In this document: positions 43,791 through 54,253 of the stretch, piece by piece
Layout: each line of letters starts with the position of its first letter
Numbering within the stretch: the first letter of the stretch is position 1
Made by a program: the position numbers and the translations under genes
Origin: Candidatus Wolfebacteria bacterium
Lineage (GTDB): Bacteria > Patescibacteriota > Minisyncoccia > UBA6257 > UBA9933
Direction: 5' to 3'
Assembly (NCBI GenBank): GCA_016188075.1
Contig: JACPIO010000014.1
Coordinates: 1-60,790, forward strand
DNA length: 60,790 nucleotides
The notes under the pieces: generated by a model
What the model was told of the DNA's origin: nothing
The model's input: only the letters and a program-made list of their open reading frames with translations
Databases searched by the model: none

Positions 43791-44636
43791 ATGGAGCCGT
43801 ATTACGAGAGAGATAATTTTATTTTGTATCATGGCGATAGTTTAGAGTTCTTAAAAGAATATCCAGAAAATTCCGTGGATATGGTTTTTGCGGATCCGCC
43901 ATATAACTTATCTAACGGCGGATTTAGTGTTCATGCTGGAAGGAGGGTTAGCGTTAATAAAGGAAATTGGGATAAGAGTAGAGGATTCAATGACGACTAT
44001 AATTTTCACTATGGATGGCTCGAAGTTTGTAAAAGAGTTTTGAAACCTCACGGAACGATTTGGGTGAGTGGGACCTATCACTCGATTTATCAATGCGGAT
44101 ATGCTATTCAAGCGCTGGGCTATCATATTCTGAATGATGTTTCTTGGTTCAAACCGAATGCTTCGCCTAATTTAAGTTGTCGTTTTTTTACTGCAAGCCA
44201 TGAAACTTTGATTTGGGCCAGAAAAGATAAAGAAACCAAGCACACTTTTAATTATAGTCAGATGAAAAATGGTTTTTGGCCAGATGATTTTATTAAAAAA
44301 CCAAATATGCAAATGCGGTCGGTTTGGGCGATTGGGACACCAAAAGGTATTGAAAAAAAGTTTGGCAAGCACCCAACACAAAAGCCGGAAGATTTATTAA
44401 AAAGGATTGTGCTTGCGAGTACGAACAAGGGTGATTTAGTGGTTGATCCTTTTACTGGTAGTTCAACAACTGGTATAGCAGCTTATCTTTTAGGTAGAAA
44501 ATTTATTGGCATTGATAATGAGAAAAAATATTTAGATTTATCAATCAAGCGATTTGAGGAGTTAGATAAAAATTTAAAAAATAAACTGAATTTTAAAAAT
44601 TTTAACATAAAGACGCCGAGTTATATCACAAAGTAA
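43791..44636 (+). CDS. Beta-class N6A/N4C DNA methyltransferase
   Basis: FADPPY precedes HPTQKP and DPFTGSSTT. Confidence 0.93.
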   Translation: MEPYYERDNFILYHGDSLEFLKEYPENSVDMVFADPPYNLSNGGFSVHAGRRVSVNKGNWDKSRGFNDDYNFHYGWLEVCKRVLKPHGTIWVSGTYHSIYQCGYAIQALGYHILNDVSWFKPNASPNLSCRFFTASHETLIWARKDKETKHTFNYSQMKNGFWPDDFIKKPNMQMRSVWAIGTPKGIEKKFGKHPTQKPEDLLKRIVLASTNKGDLVVDPFTGSSTTGIAAYLLGRKFIGIDNEKKYLDLSIKRFEELDKNLKNKLNFKNFNIKTPSYITK

Positions 44637-44648
44637 CAATCAAAGAAT

Positions 44649-45176
44649 ATGATCGAAAAAGGTAAAGGAGGGGGAAATACTCTTACGGGACTTAATTTTG
44701 AAAGGAGAAGCGATATTTTATCTCTTATAAAAAATCTGCGTGGGTATTCTATAAAAGGCAACGTTATCTATTTTGAAAGTAAAGAAGTCGCCAAAAGTTT
44801 TAAGAAATACGGCCTTTATCGTTATTTGAAGTTGGGGGGTGTTGATTACCAAAAATATATATCTAAGCGATTAATGCCGGATGAGGCGATTTATGTAATT
44901 CGCAATAATACACTTTTTGTTATCGAGATGAAGTTTCAAAAAGTTTCTGGATCGGTGGATGAAAAACTGCAGACATGCGATTTCAAAAAGAAACAATACA
45001 AAAAATTAATGGCTCCGTTAAACATTGAAGTTGAATATATTTATATTTTGAGCGATTGGTTCAAAAAACCTGAATATAAAGATACGTTGGATTATATAAT
45101 TTCTGTTGGTTGCCAATATTATTTCCATTATTTGCCGTTACAAAAATTAGGATTACCGGTACCCGATACGAAATAG
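44649..45176 (+). CDS. PD-(D/E)XK nuclease, probable cognate restriction enzyme
   Basis: GLNFE, PDEA, IEMKFQ and GSVDEKLQT; adjacent to the MTase. Confidence 0.75.
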   Translation: MIEKGKGGGNTLTGLNFERRSDILSLIKNLRGYSIKGNVIYFESKEVAKSFKKYGLYRYLKLGGVDYQKYISKRLMPDEAIYVIRNNTLFVIEMKFQKVSGSVDEKLQTCDFKKKQYKKLMAPLNIEVEYIYILSDWFKKPEYKDTLDYIISVGCQYYFHYLPLQKLGLPVPDTK

Positions 45177-45412
45177 AGGGTGAGTATATTTAAATCGCTT
45201 CAGTATAAATTCGTCCGATAAACTTCATTCGTCCTTATAAAAATTATACAACTGGTAAAAATTTTAATTGGTGCAATTAATTGCACCACTCATTTTTTCC
45301 GATTTTACCGATGTTAAATTAGGGAAACCGAAGGAAGCAGCCATTGAACAATTCTATAGAATTGTTCAATGGACCATAGGCTATCTTCCGGGGAGACAAT
45401 TCCGGGGATGCT

Positions 45413-46639
45413 TTATTTCTTCACAAACGCCTCTTTCGGCGAAAGATAAGTGGCTCGTTCGGCTGGCCAGAAACCGGAGACGATTCCAATGAATGCCGAG
45501 GAAACGAGAATCACTAAAATGAACCACGTTGGCGTGATAAACAAAGTGAACGGTTTTCCGCCAAATTGCCGAGCCAAAAGATTCAGTGATAAATTGGCAA
45601 TCTGTCCCAGTCCGGTTCCGAAAACCACGCCGCCCACTCCGCCCAAAAATCCCATCATTAAAGATTCGGTTAAAAATAGGTTTCGGATGTCCCGGTCAGT
45701 CGCTCCCAGGGATTTCATAATTCCGACCTCGTAAATTCTTTCCAGAAATCCGATAATCATCGTGTTAAACATTCCGATGGCCGAGACGATTAAAGCGGCA
45801 ATTCCGAAAACTCCCAAAACAATAGTGATGATGTTCATCACCTTTTTCGCCTGATTGACCAAATCTATTCTGGCCGAAATGACAAAACCTTTGGCAATTA
45901 ATTTATCCCGCAGGATTTCAATGGAATCAATGCTTTTGGACTTGACCAGTATTCTTTTGTAGAAAGGAGGCTCTTTGGTTGAAAAGCCGTAAGGAAGAAG
46001 AGCAAAGGGCGGCTGAACCTCGTCGGTAATCACGCCTTTGAGATTTAATGGTTTTTGCAACTCAATTTCTTCAACGTTCACGTCGTTTTCTTTTTGGTAA
46101 AAAATTTTAAAGGCAAAAGATTTGTTTAAAGTCGAAGCATCGGGAATAAGTTCGGTCAATTTTACCGCTTGACTCGAAAGCACGGCGCCGGCTTCATCCT
46201 CTCGATAGGGAAAGCCGATATCCGGCACAATCCCTGACAGCCGAAAATAATTCGGCCTGGCAATCCTGATTAAAGTGAAGCCGGAGGAATCTCCGTAGCG
46301 GATTTCTCCGGGAAATTCCGCCACCAAACTGATTTCGCCGGTTTCCGGCAGCGCCAAAATCTCTTCGGCCGTTTCTTTGGTGACGTTTAAGCCGGATTCG
46401 CCCGGGTAAAAGGCTTCCATCGTAATTAAAGAATCTTCGGTGGCGACCAGTTTCCCGATTAAAATATATTGAAGTCCGTATCCCAGAGAAATTAAAAACA
46501 AAACCGTTCCGATCCCCACCGACATTCCCAAAATGGTGAGGAATGTCCGCAGGGGCTTGGTTTTGAAAATCCGGAAAGACAGACGAAGCAAGTCTATAAA
46601 GCTGATGTTGTGCGTGGCTCCTCCCCATTCGCCGTTCAT
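45413..46639 (-). CDS. MacB/FtsX-type ABC permease
   Basis: RTFLTILG and ER..EVGIMKSLGA; 4-TM layout. Confidence 0.92.
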   Translation of the reverse strand: MNGEWGGATHNISFIDLLRLSFRIFKTKPLRTFLTILGMSVGIGTVLFLISLGYGLQYILIGKLVATEDSLITMEAFYPGESGLNVTKETAEEILALPETGEISLVAEFPGEIRYGDSSGFTLIRIARPNYFRLSGIVPDIGFPYREDEAGAVLSSQAVKLTELIPDASTLNKSFAFKIFYQKENDVNVEEIELQKPLNLKGVITDEVQPPFALLPYGFSTKEPPFYKRILVKSKSIDSIEILRDKLIAKGFVISARIDLVNQAKKVMNIITIVLGVFGIAALIVSAIGMFNTMIIGFLERIYEVGIMKSLGATDRDIRNLFLTESLMMGFLGGVGGVVFGTGLGQIANLSLNLLARQFGGKPFTLFITPTWFILVILVSSAFIGIVSGFWPAERATYLSPKEAFVKK

Positions 46640-47964
46640 ATTGTTTCTTGGGCTAATTTCTCCGAGGGGTCGACTCCTAAAATGGTATCAATTTTTTCAG
46701 CCAACCGTTGGGCGGCGCGATAGGATAAGCCGACCCCAAATTTACTTTTGGAGAGACTTAAAACTTTTCGGAAATCCGCCGAGCTTATAATTTTCCGTAT
46801 GCGTTCGCCGATAATCTCGTCAAGGCGCAGCCGTTGAATGTCGTTTATCTTTCCTTTGTATTCGTTTAAGAGCCAGGCTCTGATTCTGTCAACTTCTTCC
46901 TGAATGGATGAAAAAGGGTTGGCTGCCAATTCTTTTTCGACCGCCTCCAGGCCTTTCTTTTGTTTAATAATGTCTTCGGTCCATTTGGTTATTTTTTCGA
47001 CTTTGGTTCTCCAAAGACCAACCCCGCCGTCTTTAAATGGCTTGTCCAAAAGCGTGGCGAATAAGTCGCTCTCGATTTGATTATTAAATCTTTGCTTCAG
47101 GAAAAATTCAAATCGTTTCACTTCCTCGATGGAATATCCCCGAAGCAGAAGGTGGGCCAATGATTTGGCGATCGCTTCATTCGAAGAAAGCTCGGGATGA
47201 AGCTCTTTGTAAAGATAGGTGGAGAGAGCCGCTTTCGCGGTCTCCGCCGGGGCCTTGGGTATCTCCACTTTGATAATTGATCCGTCCCTCATGTAAAAAA
47301 CTCTTTTGCAGTCCCTTAGACTCCAGGCTTCGTGGGTTACCATAATAATGGTGCGGCCGTCTTTTTCGTTCAATTCTTTCAAAAATTCCAAAACCTTATT
47401 GGCATTTTCCGAATCGAGATTGCCCAGTGGTTCATCGGCGACGATGATCGGAGGATTATTGGCCAGGGCCCGGGCAATGCCGACGCGCTGTTGTTGTCCG
47501 CCGGAGAGTTCGTAGGGGTGTCTTTCCGCGAGGTCTTTTATGCCAAGCCGCTCCAAGAGCCGCGTCGCTTCTTCGTGCCGTCGTTTTAGGGAAATTCCCA
47601 TTCCCAAGAAAGACAAAGGCAAGGCGACGTTGTCGAGAACGGTGATCGAAGGAATAAGATTGAATTGTTGAAAAACTATTCCCACGCCGACCTGCCGATA
47701 AATCGCCAATTCTCTTTTGGAAAGATGAGTGATGTCTTTTCCATTAATTAACACTTCTCCTTGTTGCGGCTGTTCGATGCCGGCCAAAGTGTAAAGCAAT
47801 GTTGTTTTGCCGCAGCCCGAAGGACCGAAGAAAGCCACGTACTCTCCCTTTTTTATTTCCATATTGATGTTTCGCAAAGCCCAAGTTTCCGCTGGTTTGC
47901 CCTTGTCGTACCAGAGGTCCACGCTTTTCATTTGAATGATGGATGCTGAAGAAATAGTAGGCAT
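46636..47964 (-). CDS. ABC transporter ATP-binding protein with C-terminal extension
   Basis: GPSGCGKT, LSGGQQQRV and ADEPLGNLD. Confidence 0.93.
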   Translation of the reverse strand: MPTISSASIIQMKSVDLWYDKGKPAETWALRNINMEIKKGEYVAFFGPSGCGKTTLLYTLAGIEQPQQGEVLINGKDITHLSKRELAIYRQVGVGIVFQQFNLIPSITVLDNVALPLSFLGMGISLKRRHEEATRLLERLGIKDLAERHPYELSGGQQQRVGIARALANNPPIIVADEPLGNLDSENANKVLEFLKELNEKDGRTIIMVTHEAWSLRDCKRVFYMRDGSIIKVEIPKAPAETAKAALSTYLYKELHPELSSNEAIAKSLAHLLLRGYSIEEVKRFEFFLKQRFNNQIESDLFATLLDKPFKDGGVGLWRTKVEKITKWTEDIIKQKKGLEAVEKELAANPFSSIQEEVDRIRAWLLNEYKGKINDIQRLRLDEIIGERIRKIISSADFRKVLSLSKSKFGVGLSYRAAQRLAEKIDTILGVDPSEKLAQETI

Positions 47965-47966
47965 GA

Positions 47967-48410
47967 TTATTGAGACGGAGTTACTGGGGCGTATTTTTCA
48001 ACGCAATTCAAAATATCCTGCGAAAGGTTTTCTCCTTTTTCGAGAAAAGCCTCGGCTCCCAGTTCTAGGGCTTGGTTTTTAAAATCGCCTTGTGTAAAGC
48101 CGGAAAAGATGACGACTTTTATATTTTGGAGCTCCGGATTGCTTTTTATTTTTTTCAAGAGATTCAAGCCGGCTTCCGGCGTGCTTTCGATTCTCCCGTC
48201 TTTTTGCGTGGGCATCACCAGGTCCAAAAAAATCAGCCGCGGTCTGGTTTCCGGATTATTAATAAGTTCCTCGGCCTTCTCCGGAGTATTGACGTCGTCA
48301 ATTTCATACTTCGCTTCCAGGCCGTGAACCCAAAAAATCTCCGTGAGATAAATGCGGATCATCTCATCATCGTCCACGAGAAGAATTTTTATCTTTTTTT
48401 GGTCAGCCAC
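47967..48410 (-). CDS. Single-domain response regulator
   Basis: LLVDDD, FLDLVMP, FS and the conserved Lys. Confidence 0.9.
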   Translation of the reverse strand: MADQKKIKILLVDDDEMIRIYLTEIFWVHGLEAKYEIDDVNTPEKAEELINNPETRPRLIFLDLVMPTQKDGRIESTPEAGLNLLKKIKSNPELQNIKVVIFSGFTQGDFKNQALELGAEAFLEKGENLSQDILNCVEKYAPVTPSQ

Positions 48411-48772
48411 CTTCGAGGAGTCTTAAGTCAATGCTTTTAGAAAGCATATCATAAATTAGGATATTTTTTCTAATCAGTTATCCACAAAGAGGGGAAAGGA
48501 CGTTATTCCCAGAATGGGTTATACTTAATGTTAGCCATCCCGGGGATCAGACTGGATAAATTAACATTGCTCTTTTGCGTTTAAGGTTATATAATTTGCG
48601 GTTTCAGAGAAGAAGAAGTCCCCGAAGCATTTAACGCTATGCTATAGCATAGTACCCTAACCGGTTTAAGAGAAGAATTTCAAAATGAACAGCCGCCTGA
48701 CTAAATTAAAGAAACGCACTAGGCCACATTTCAAAATCTTGTTTTGTAAATAAATATAGTATAATAAAACTA

Positions 48773-49438
48773 ATGGCAGATATTAAAGAATCTCGAGAAT
48801 CTTTCCCGCCGGATTTGAGCGAAAAAGAAAGAGGAGCTTATCAGCTTTTGCGGGAGGCGATGGACGGATACAATGAGGCGGTCTGGAAAGCGCTGGATGC
48901 CGACGCTGTCCAGTCCCGCGAGGAAGAGAGAGAAAGAGCTATTGCTGAAGTTTCAAAGAGTTTGGCCGGCGCCACCCGTTTTGGCGGCAAGGAGGGCATT
49001 GCCCCGCCCGACCTTCCTTATTTTATAATGCGCCGAATCGCGCTGGAAGCGCCGGAGCATTCCGGGGGTTACCGCGGTATTTTAAAAAGCGCGATGTTTT
49101 TTGAATTAGAGGAGGCGCGGCGGGAACAGCGGGGAGCCACTCGTCAATATCGGGAAAATAGTCACGATTCAGAGACGCCGGATCTGCAGATTCTTCGGGC
49201 TTGTCAAAAGAATATGAGCGATCATATTGGAGTTTTAAATCGAGCCATTGACGAGGCTAATGCCGGCAAGTTGACCGTGAGCCCGATGTATCTTGGCGGA
49301 CAAATTGCCGAGCTTTTAAGAAAACGGGATATTTTAAGTCCCAACGCCGAAGAGCGAATAAGAAAGAAATACCGAGAACTTTTGAAAGAAGAGGATGCGA
49401 AAGAGGTTTTGAGACTGCTTGATTCAATCGCGTGGTAG
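48773..49438 (+). CDS. Hypothetical protein
   Basis: 221-aa ORF with TATAAT just upstream. Confidence 0.7.
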   Translation: MADIKESRESFPPDLSEKERGAYQLLREAMDGYNEAVWKALDADAVQSREEERERAIAEVSKSLAGATRFGGKEGIAPPDLPYFIMRRIALEAPEHSGGYRGILKSAMFFELEEARREQRGATRQYRENSHDSETPDLQILRACQKNMSDHIGVLNRAIDEANAGKLTVSPMYLGGQIAELLRKRDILSPNAEERIRKKYRELLKEEDAKEVLRLLDSIAW

Positions 49439-49490
49439 CGACGCCCGCGAGTCTTTGCTTATTTTTGTTTTTTTGGTAGGCTATATTTAA

Positions 49491-49565
49491 TCCGGGGTAG
49501 TTCAGCGGTAGAACGGCGCCCTGTTAAGGCGAGAGTCGGAGGTTCGAATCCTCCCCCCGGAGCCA
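49491..49565 (+). tRNA. tRNA-Asn(GTT)
   Basis: TCCGGGG/CCCCGGA; loop CTGTTAA; encoded CCA. Confidence 0.95.
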
Positions 49566-49574
49566 AATTGGATG

Positions 49575-49604
49575 AGCAGAGCCAAAAGCTCTGCTTTTCT
49601 TTTT
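49575..49604 (+). terminator. Terminator after tRNA-Asn
   Basis: AGCAGAGC/GCTCTGCT stem followed by a T-run. Confidence 0.7.
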
Positions 49605-49953
49605 GTTTTCAGCCAAATTTTTGATACAATCGGATTGTTACGAAAATTAAAGGTTTACCCAGAATAAGCGGTTAGATTATACTCACGTAAACATGGCAAG
49701 CCATTAATAGTCTTCCACAGCCCCAATACGCCACCCGCATGGCGCATTCAGCAGGCGAAAACAGGATTTGCGCATAGTTTTAGGCCTAGATGTGTAGATT
49801 GTGGTATTTTTGTGTAGTTTTGACTATGACTTGTGTAGATTTAAAGTCCATAGTATATCTAAAGGGTGCCGATAAAACTTTTCGTGTTACACGGGGTCGA
49901 GACAACGTGCGAGGATGTTTAGCAAAAATAGAATTTTAAAAATAAAATATTTC

Positions 49954-50244
49954 ATGAAACTACAACTGGAAAAATTCGGCACCACTCTCTTATCCCGTGA
50001 ATTAGGCAGCGAGGCGTTCAAAGCGTTTCAGCCCGCCTTACTGGAATTTTCCCCGTCCGATGAATTGGAAATTGATTTTTCCGGCGTATTAACATTGCCA
50101 TCTTCATGGGCGGACGAGTTTTTGAGCCCTCTGCTTGAAAAATTAGATGAGCGGCTGGTGTTATTACCCTCTGACAATCTCTCGGTGCAGGCAACCCTAA
50201 AGATTCTGCAAGAGGCGAATAAACGCCCATTCAAATTTAGATGA
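49954..50244 (+). CDS. STAS-like (DUF4325-like) protein
   Basis: FG..L.SR..G and IDFSGV...SSWADE. Confidence 0.75.
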   Translation: MKLQLEKFGTTLLSRELGSEAFKAFQPALLEFSPSDELEIDFSGVLTLPSSWADEFLSPLLEKLDERLVLLPSDNLSVQATLKILQEANKRPFKFR

Positions 50245-50349
50245 AAAGGGAGATCTTCATACTTCGCCCGGTAGTGAATGGGTTTAGGGTGCTTATCAAA
50301 GACACCCGGTTTTTTGATGTAAGCGTTGATGATGTAATGAAATAAATTT

Positions 50350-50490
50350 ATGAGAATAAAAGATTTACCAAAAAGCATGCCCCGTAGTGAACTTGCCTGC
50401 CCCGCTGGAAGCTTGCTTTCCTGCGGGGTTCTCCTTCGGGGTCAATGCGCCACCCGGGTGGCGTATTGGAGAAAATGGGGCTTAATCTAA
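50350..50490 (+). pseudogene. Possible RadC-like N-terminal remnant overrun by palindromic elements
   Basis: MRIKDLPKS start, followed directly by hairpin repeats; the resemblance covers only a few residues. Confidence 0.3.
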
Positions 50491-50536
50491 GTGACTATTG
50501 ACAAAAGAGCTTATCATATGATAAGCTCTTTTGTAT

Positions 50537-52333
50537 ATGGATAATAAAACACAATATATAACCACTACGGAACTGGCCAAAATGCTTGGTATCAGCCGCG
50601 TTTCCGCGGCCAAGCGGGTTACGAAGCTCATTAAAGAGGGCGCTATTACAGCTGCGGAAAGGGGCAAGGGCTACATCATAGACAAAGATTCTCTGCCTGA
50701 TGAAATAAAAGACGAAATCCGCAAACAGCAGGATGAAGCCGCTAAAAAAATCACCGAACTTGGCAAAAAAGCAGGCCACGATCTTGAATTTGAAAAAGAG
50801 CTTTGGAAGGCCGCGGATAAATTACGCGGGAGTATTGATGCCTCCGAATACAAGCACATTGTTTTGGGTCTTTTATTTTTAAAGTATGTTTCTGATTCCT
50901 ACTATCAGCGGCGCTGGCAGTTGGAGCAATGGACGAGCGATCCGAAAAACAGGGACTATTTTATAAAAAACGAGGCGGAGAGAAAACATATCATCGGCGA
51001 TAAGGACCAGTACAAGAGCGCCGGAGTTTTCTATATTCCGGAAAAATCCCGATGGGAGCAGTTGCGAAATCACGCGATGCACCATGACATCGGAAAATAC
51101 ATTGATGAGGCGATGGAAGTGATTGAAAACGAAAACCCGAAGGAATTGAAAGGCGTATTGCCGAAAATTTACACAAAAACTACTCTGGACTATCAAATTC
51201 TCGGCGAGCTAGTAAATATTTTTTCAAAAATCAAATTTGACCACGATATAGACAAAGAAAAGGACATCCTTGGCCGCGTGTACGAATACTTTTTGGGGCA
51301 GTTCGCTTCCGCCGAAGGGAAAAGAGGCGGAGAGTTCTATACTCCGCGCTCCATTGTTCGACTTTTGGTTGAAGTATTATCGCCGTATGAAAACGCTCGT
51401 GTCTTTGATCCTGCTTGCGGGTCGGGCGGAATGTTTGTGCAGTCCAACGAGTTCTTGAAGATGCACCAAAAGGACCCGACTAAAATTTCGTTCTTCGGGC
51501 AGGAAAGCAACCCGACAACGCTTCGGCTTTGTAAGATGAATCTTGCCATCCGAGGCATCATCGGCCAAATGGAAATCGGAAATTCCTATTATGATGATAA
51601 ATTTCCAGACCTTCGCGCGGACTTCGTGCTTGCCAATCCTCCTTTTAACGCTGACTGGGAACCGGACCGGCTTTCTGACAAAGACCCGCGCATTAAATTC
51701 GGCACGCCGCCCGGAAGCAACGCCAACTTTTTATGGATTCAGCATTTTATTCATCATCTTTCGCCCAACGGAATGGCAGGTTTTGTTATGGCAAATGGGG
51801 CACTTGCAGTAGGTGGGCGTGAGGGCGAGATACGCAGAAAAATTATTGAAGAAGATTTGGTTGATGTGATTATCGCCTGTCCGCCGAAACTTTTTTACAA
51901 TGTCGCGCTTCCTGTTTCTCTCTGGTTTGTGTCTAAAAACAAAAAAAATGGTAGATTCCGAAATCGCACCGGTGAGACGCTTTTTATAGACGCGCGCGAG
52001 ACATTTGAGCAGATTTCCCGCAAGCAGGTTACATTCACTAAAGAACAAATAAAAAAAATCGCGGGTACAGTTCGCGCATGGCGTGGCGAAGTGGGCGCGG
52101 ATAAATACGAAGACATCGCTGGTTTCTGCAAAGGAGTCAAAAAAGAAGAAATCGCCAAAAACGGCTATGTCCTCACCCCCGGCCGGTATGTTGGCGTTGC
52201 GGAAGAAGAAGACGACGGGGTGCCGTTTGAGGAGAAAATGGCCGTATTAAACAAAGATTTGAATAAATACTTTGAAGAAGGTCGAAAATTAGAGATAGAA
52301 ATTAAAAGTAATTTAACCAAATTAAATATATGA
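50537..52333 (+). CDS. hsdM: Type I R-M methyltransferase with N-terminal HTH
   Basis: LWKAADKLRG, GEFYTP, DPACGSGG and NPPF. Confidence 0.96.
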   Translation: MDNKTQYITTTELAKMLGISRVSAAKRVTKLIKEGAITAAERGKGYIIDKDSLPDEIKDEIRKQQDEAAKKITELGKKAGHDLEFEKELWKAADKLRGSIDASEYKHIVLGLLFLKYVSDSYYQRRWQLEQWTSDPKNRDYFIKNEAERKHIIGDKDQYKSAGVFYIPEKSRWEQLRNHAMHHDIGKYIDEAMEVIENENPKELKGVLPKIYTKTTLDYQILGELVNIFSKIKFDHDIDKEKDILGRVYEYFLGQFASAEGKRGGEFYTPRSIVRLLVEVLSPYENARVFDPACGSGGMFVQSNEFLKMHQKDPTKISFFGQESNPTTLRLCKMNLAIRGIIGQMEIGNSYYDDKFPDLRADFVLANPPFNADWEPDRLSDKDPRIKFGTPPGSNANFLWIQHFIHHLSPNGMAGFVMANGALAVGGREGEIRRKIIEEDLVDVIIACPPKLFYNVALPVSLWFVSKNKKNGRFRNRTGETLFIDARETFEQISRKQVTFTKEQIKKIAGTVRAWRGEVGADKYEDIAGFCKGVKKEEIAKNGYVLTPGRYVGVAEEEDDGVPFEEKMAVLNKDLNKYFEEGRKLEIEIKSNLTKLNI

Positions 52334-53352
52334 ACGAAAGACCAAGCGAAATAAACGATCAAAATGTTCTTACTGCAGATATAGAATCTATTGCTCAAGA
52401 TAGAAGATTTGATGAGCTAAAGTTTGAGAATGCAAAGGATAAATTAAGCAAGGTTCAAAAATGGCTTGTTGAAGCAAAAGAGCTAAATTTTGAAAAGCTT
52501 TTAATATCAGAAGATATAACTCGAATATCAGATATTAAAAATCAGCTAATAAAATACCTGCAAGATCTTTTAACTTTTGATAATAGGACAACAAGAGAGA
52601 ATGCTAAACAAGAACACGATAGTTTAGAAAACCAGGTTGAAAAATATTATAACGGGGCGTATCAACATATCGCGATGCGCATTCTTCCGTTTTTGAGGCA
52701 GGAAGTGGCTAGAAGTAGTGAAGATGCCAAAGAACTTGAGAAACGACAAAAATCCGCATCCCAAGCTGAAAAAAAGTATAAGGAGTTGTCCGAAAAATTA
52801 GAAACACGATTTCAAGAATTAGATCAGCAAGAGAAAGAACTTGATGAGAAAAAGAAACAAGTAGAGTCGGGGCATGGCGAGCTTGCCGCAGTACGTCTTA
52901 CCAAGCACTTTCAAGGAGAAGCTGATAATTATGCAGAACTATCGAACAACTGGTTAAAAATAAGATCTAAATTTTACTGGGGCATTATAATCATAATTCT
53001 TATATTGGCAGCTATTTATTTTTATGTCGGATGGGAAAAGATTTCTTTACAGTTGGGAGTTGCAAAAATAATATTTTTGTCTGCCCTGTGGTATGGATTA
53101 GCTTTTGCCACTCGCAATTATAACATCAACTCTCATTTAGCAGCCGTAAATAGACATCGGGCAGCAGTTGCGCGTACCCTCGAAGATTTTCTAGAATCGA
53201 ACCCAGAAAGAAAATCAGAGATGTTAAAAAATGCCACCGAAGCCATGTTCAAACATGCACCGATTGGTTTTGTTACAAAAGCGGAAAAAGATTCCGGAAA
53301 CCCTCTTTTTGAGATTATAAATAAAATTATTAATCCGAGGGACGGTCAATAG
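52330..53352 (+). CDS. Coiled-coil, 2-TM cargo protein within the R-M operon
   Basis: Two TM segments followed by H....NRHR. Confidence 0.75.
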   Translation: MNERPSEINDQNVLTADIESIAQDRRFDELKFENAKDKLSKVQKWLVEAKELNFEKLLISEDITRISDIKNQLIKYLQDLLTFDNRTTRENAKQEHDSLENQVEKYYNGAYQHIAMRILPFLRQEVARSSEDAKELEKRQKSASQAEKKYKELSEKLETRFQELDQQEKELDEKKKQVESGHGELAAVRLTKHFQGEADNYAELSNNWLKIRSKFYWGIIIIILILAAIYFYVGWEKISLQLGVAKIIFLSALWYGLAFATRNYNINSHLAAVNRHRAAVARTLEDFLESNPERKSEMLKNATEAMFKHAPIGFVTKAEKDSGNPLFEIINKIINPRDGQ

Positions 53353-53358
53353 TGATTT

Positions 53359-53424
53359 ATGAATCAAACAATTAAAGATACGACTTGGCGGAAGGTGAAG
53401 TTGGTAAGAAAAATTTATGAATAA
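53359..53424 (+). pseudogene. Duplicated hsdS 5' stub
   Basis: MNQTIKDTTWRKVKL; 21/22-nt match between 53383-53404 and 54264-54285. Confidence 0.7.
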
Positions 53425-54253
53425 CATACAGATTGAGCAATTCGATAAGCGACTCAGAGAGCTTGGTAAATTTACCCAAGACCGTGACGGTGGCTACAAA
53501 GAAACGGAAATCATCGACTGGATTGCTGATTGCACAAACCTTTTCTATGAAGTTGGGGTTGATTCTGTGGCAATTCGCCACTTTTTGGATTACTTCAATT
53601 TTAGGATTGAAGAAGTAAAAATTAATAATGACATGGTTATATTCCCAGGCCATAATGACCGTTTTGAAAAAGTAAGGGTCATAGGCCCTTTTCAGGAGGA
53701 GTATAACGATGATGGTTTCTTTCGCCGCAAAACGGGGAATTATATTTTGGCGGGTAGCTTCTATTATGCGAGGGTTGCTTTTTCAGCAGCAAAAAATACC
53801 CTGAAAAGAAAAATCGAAGAAAAGAGACTTGTGCCTTTCTGGCTTGTTGAACAAACAGCGACTCAAGACAAACTCAAACATCTTACCTCATCGTTAGAGT
53901 TGATTGAAAATAAATATGAACAAAGGGATGCTCACGGCCTTGTCACAGAATCTATCACCCTACTGGATAGTGTTTTAAATTTAGATGAGGATTTGAAAAC
54001 AAAAGACAGTATAGGAGGTAAATTAAACTCATTAATTGAGAATGAATCGAAGCGCCAATCTTTTGGTGTAAGCAGAGATTTAGTTGTGGGTCTTAACAGC
54101 GGCCGAATCTTAAGAAACGAGAAAGTGATTCACAAAGAAGCACCGCTGAAATACGAAATACCTTTTTTGATCGCCACGAGTTTTGCGTATTTGGTTTTAT
54201 TTTTTGTAGAGTGTGCCATTTTAAATGGAAAAGTTATTCATTATGAAAACTAA
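53417..54253 (+). CDS. Hypothetical cargo protein (HEPN/Abi-like C-terminus)
   Basis: RNEKVIH (R-x5-H) in a helical C-terminal domain. Confidence 0.65.
   Translation: MNNIQIEQFDKRLRELGKFTQDRDGGYKETEIIDWIADCTNLFYEVGVDSVAIRHFLDYFNFRIEEVKINNDMVIFPGHNDRFEKVRVIGPFQEEYNDDGFFRRKTGNYILAGSFYYARVAFSAAKNTLKRKIEEKRLVPFWLVEQTATQDKLKHLTSSLELIENKYEQRDAHGLVTESITLLDSVLNLDEDLKTKDSIGGKLNSLIENESKRQSFGVSRDLVVGLNSGRILRNEKVIHKEAPLKYEIPFLIATSFAYLVLFFVECAILNGKVIHYEN

Noticed and set aside
48540..48735. Possible ncRNA (6S-like) between the response regulator and the 48773 gene
   Set aside because: A TATAAT box and weak end pairing (TGCGGTTTC/GAAACGCA) are present, but no convincing structure is visible by eye; an Rfam search is needed.
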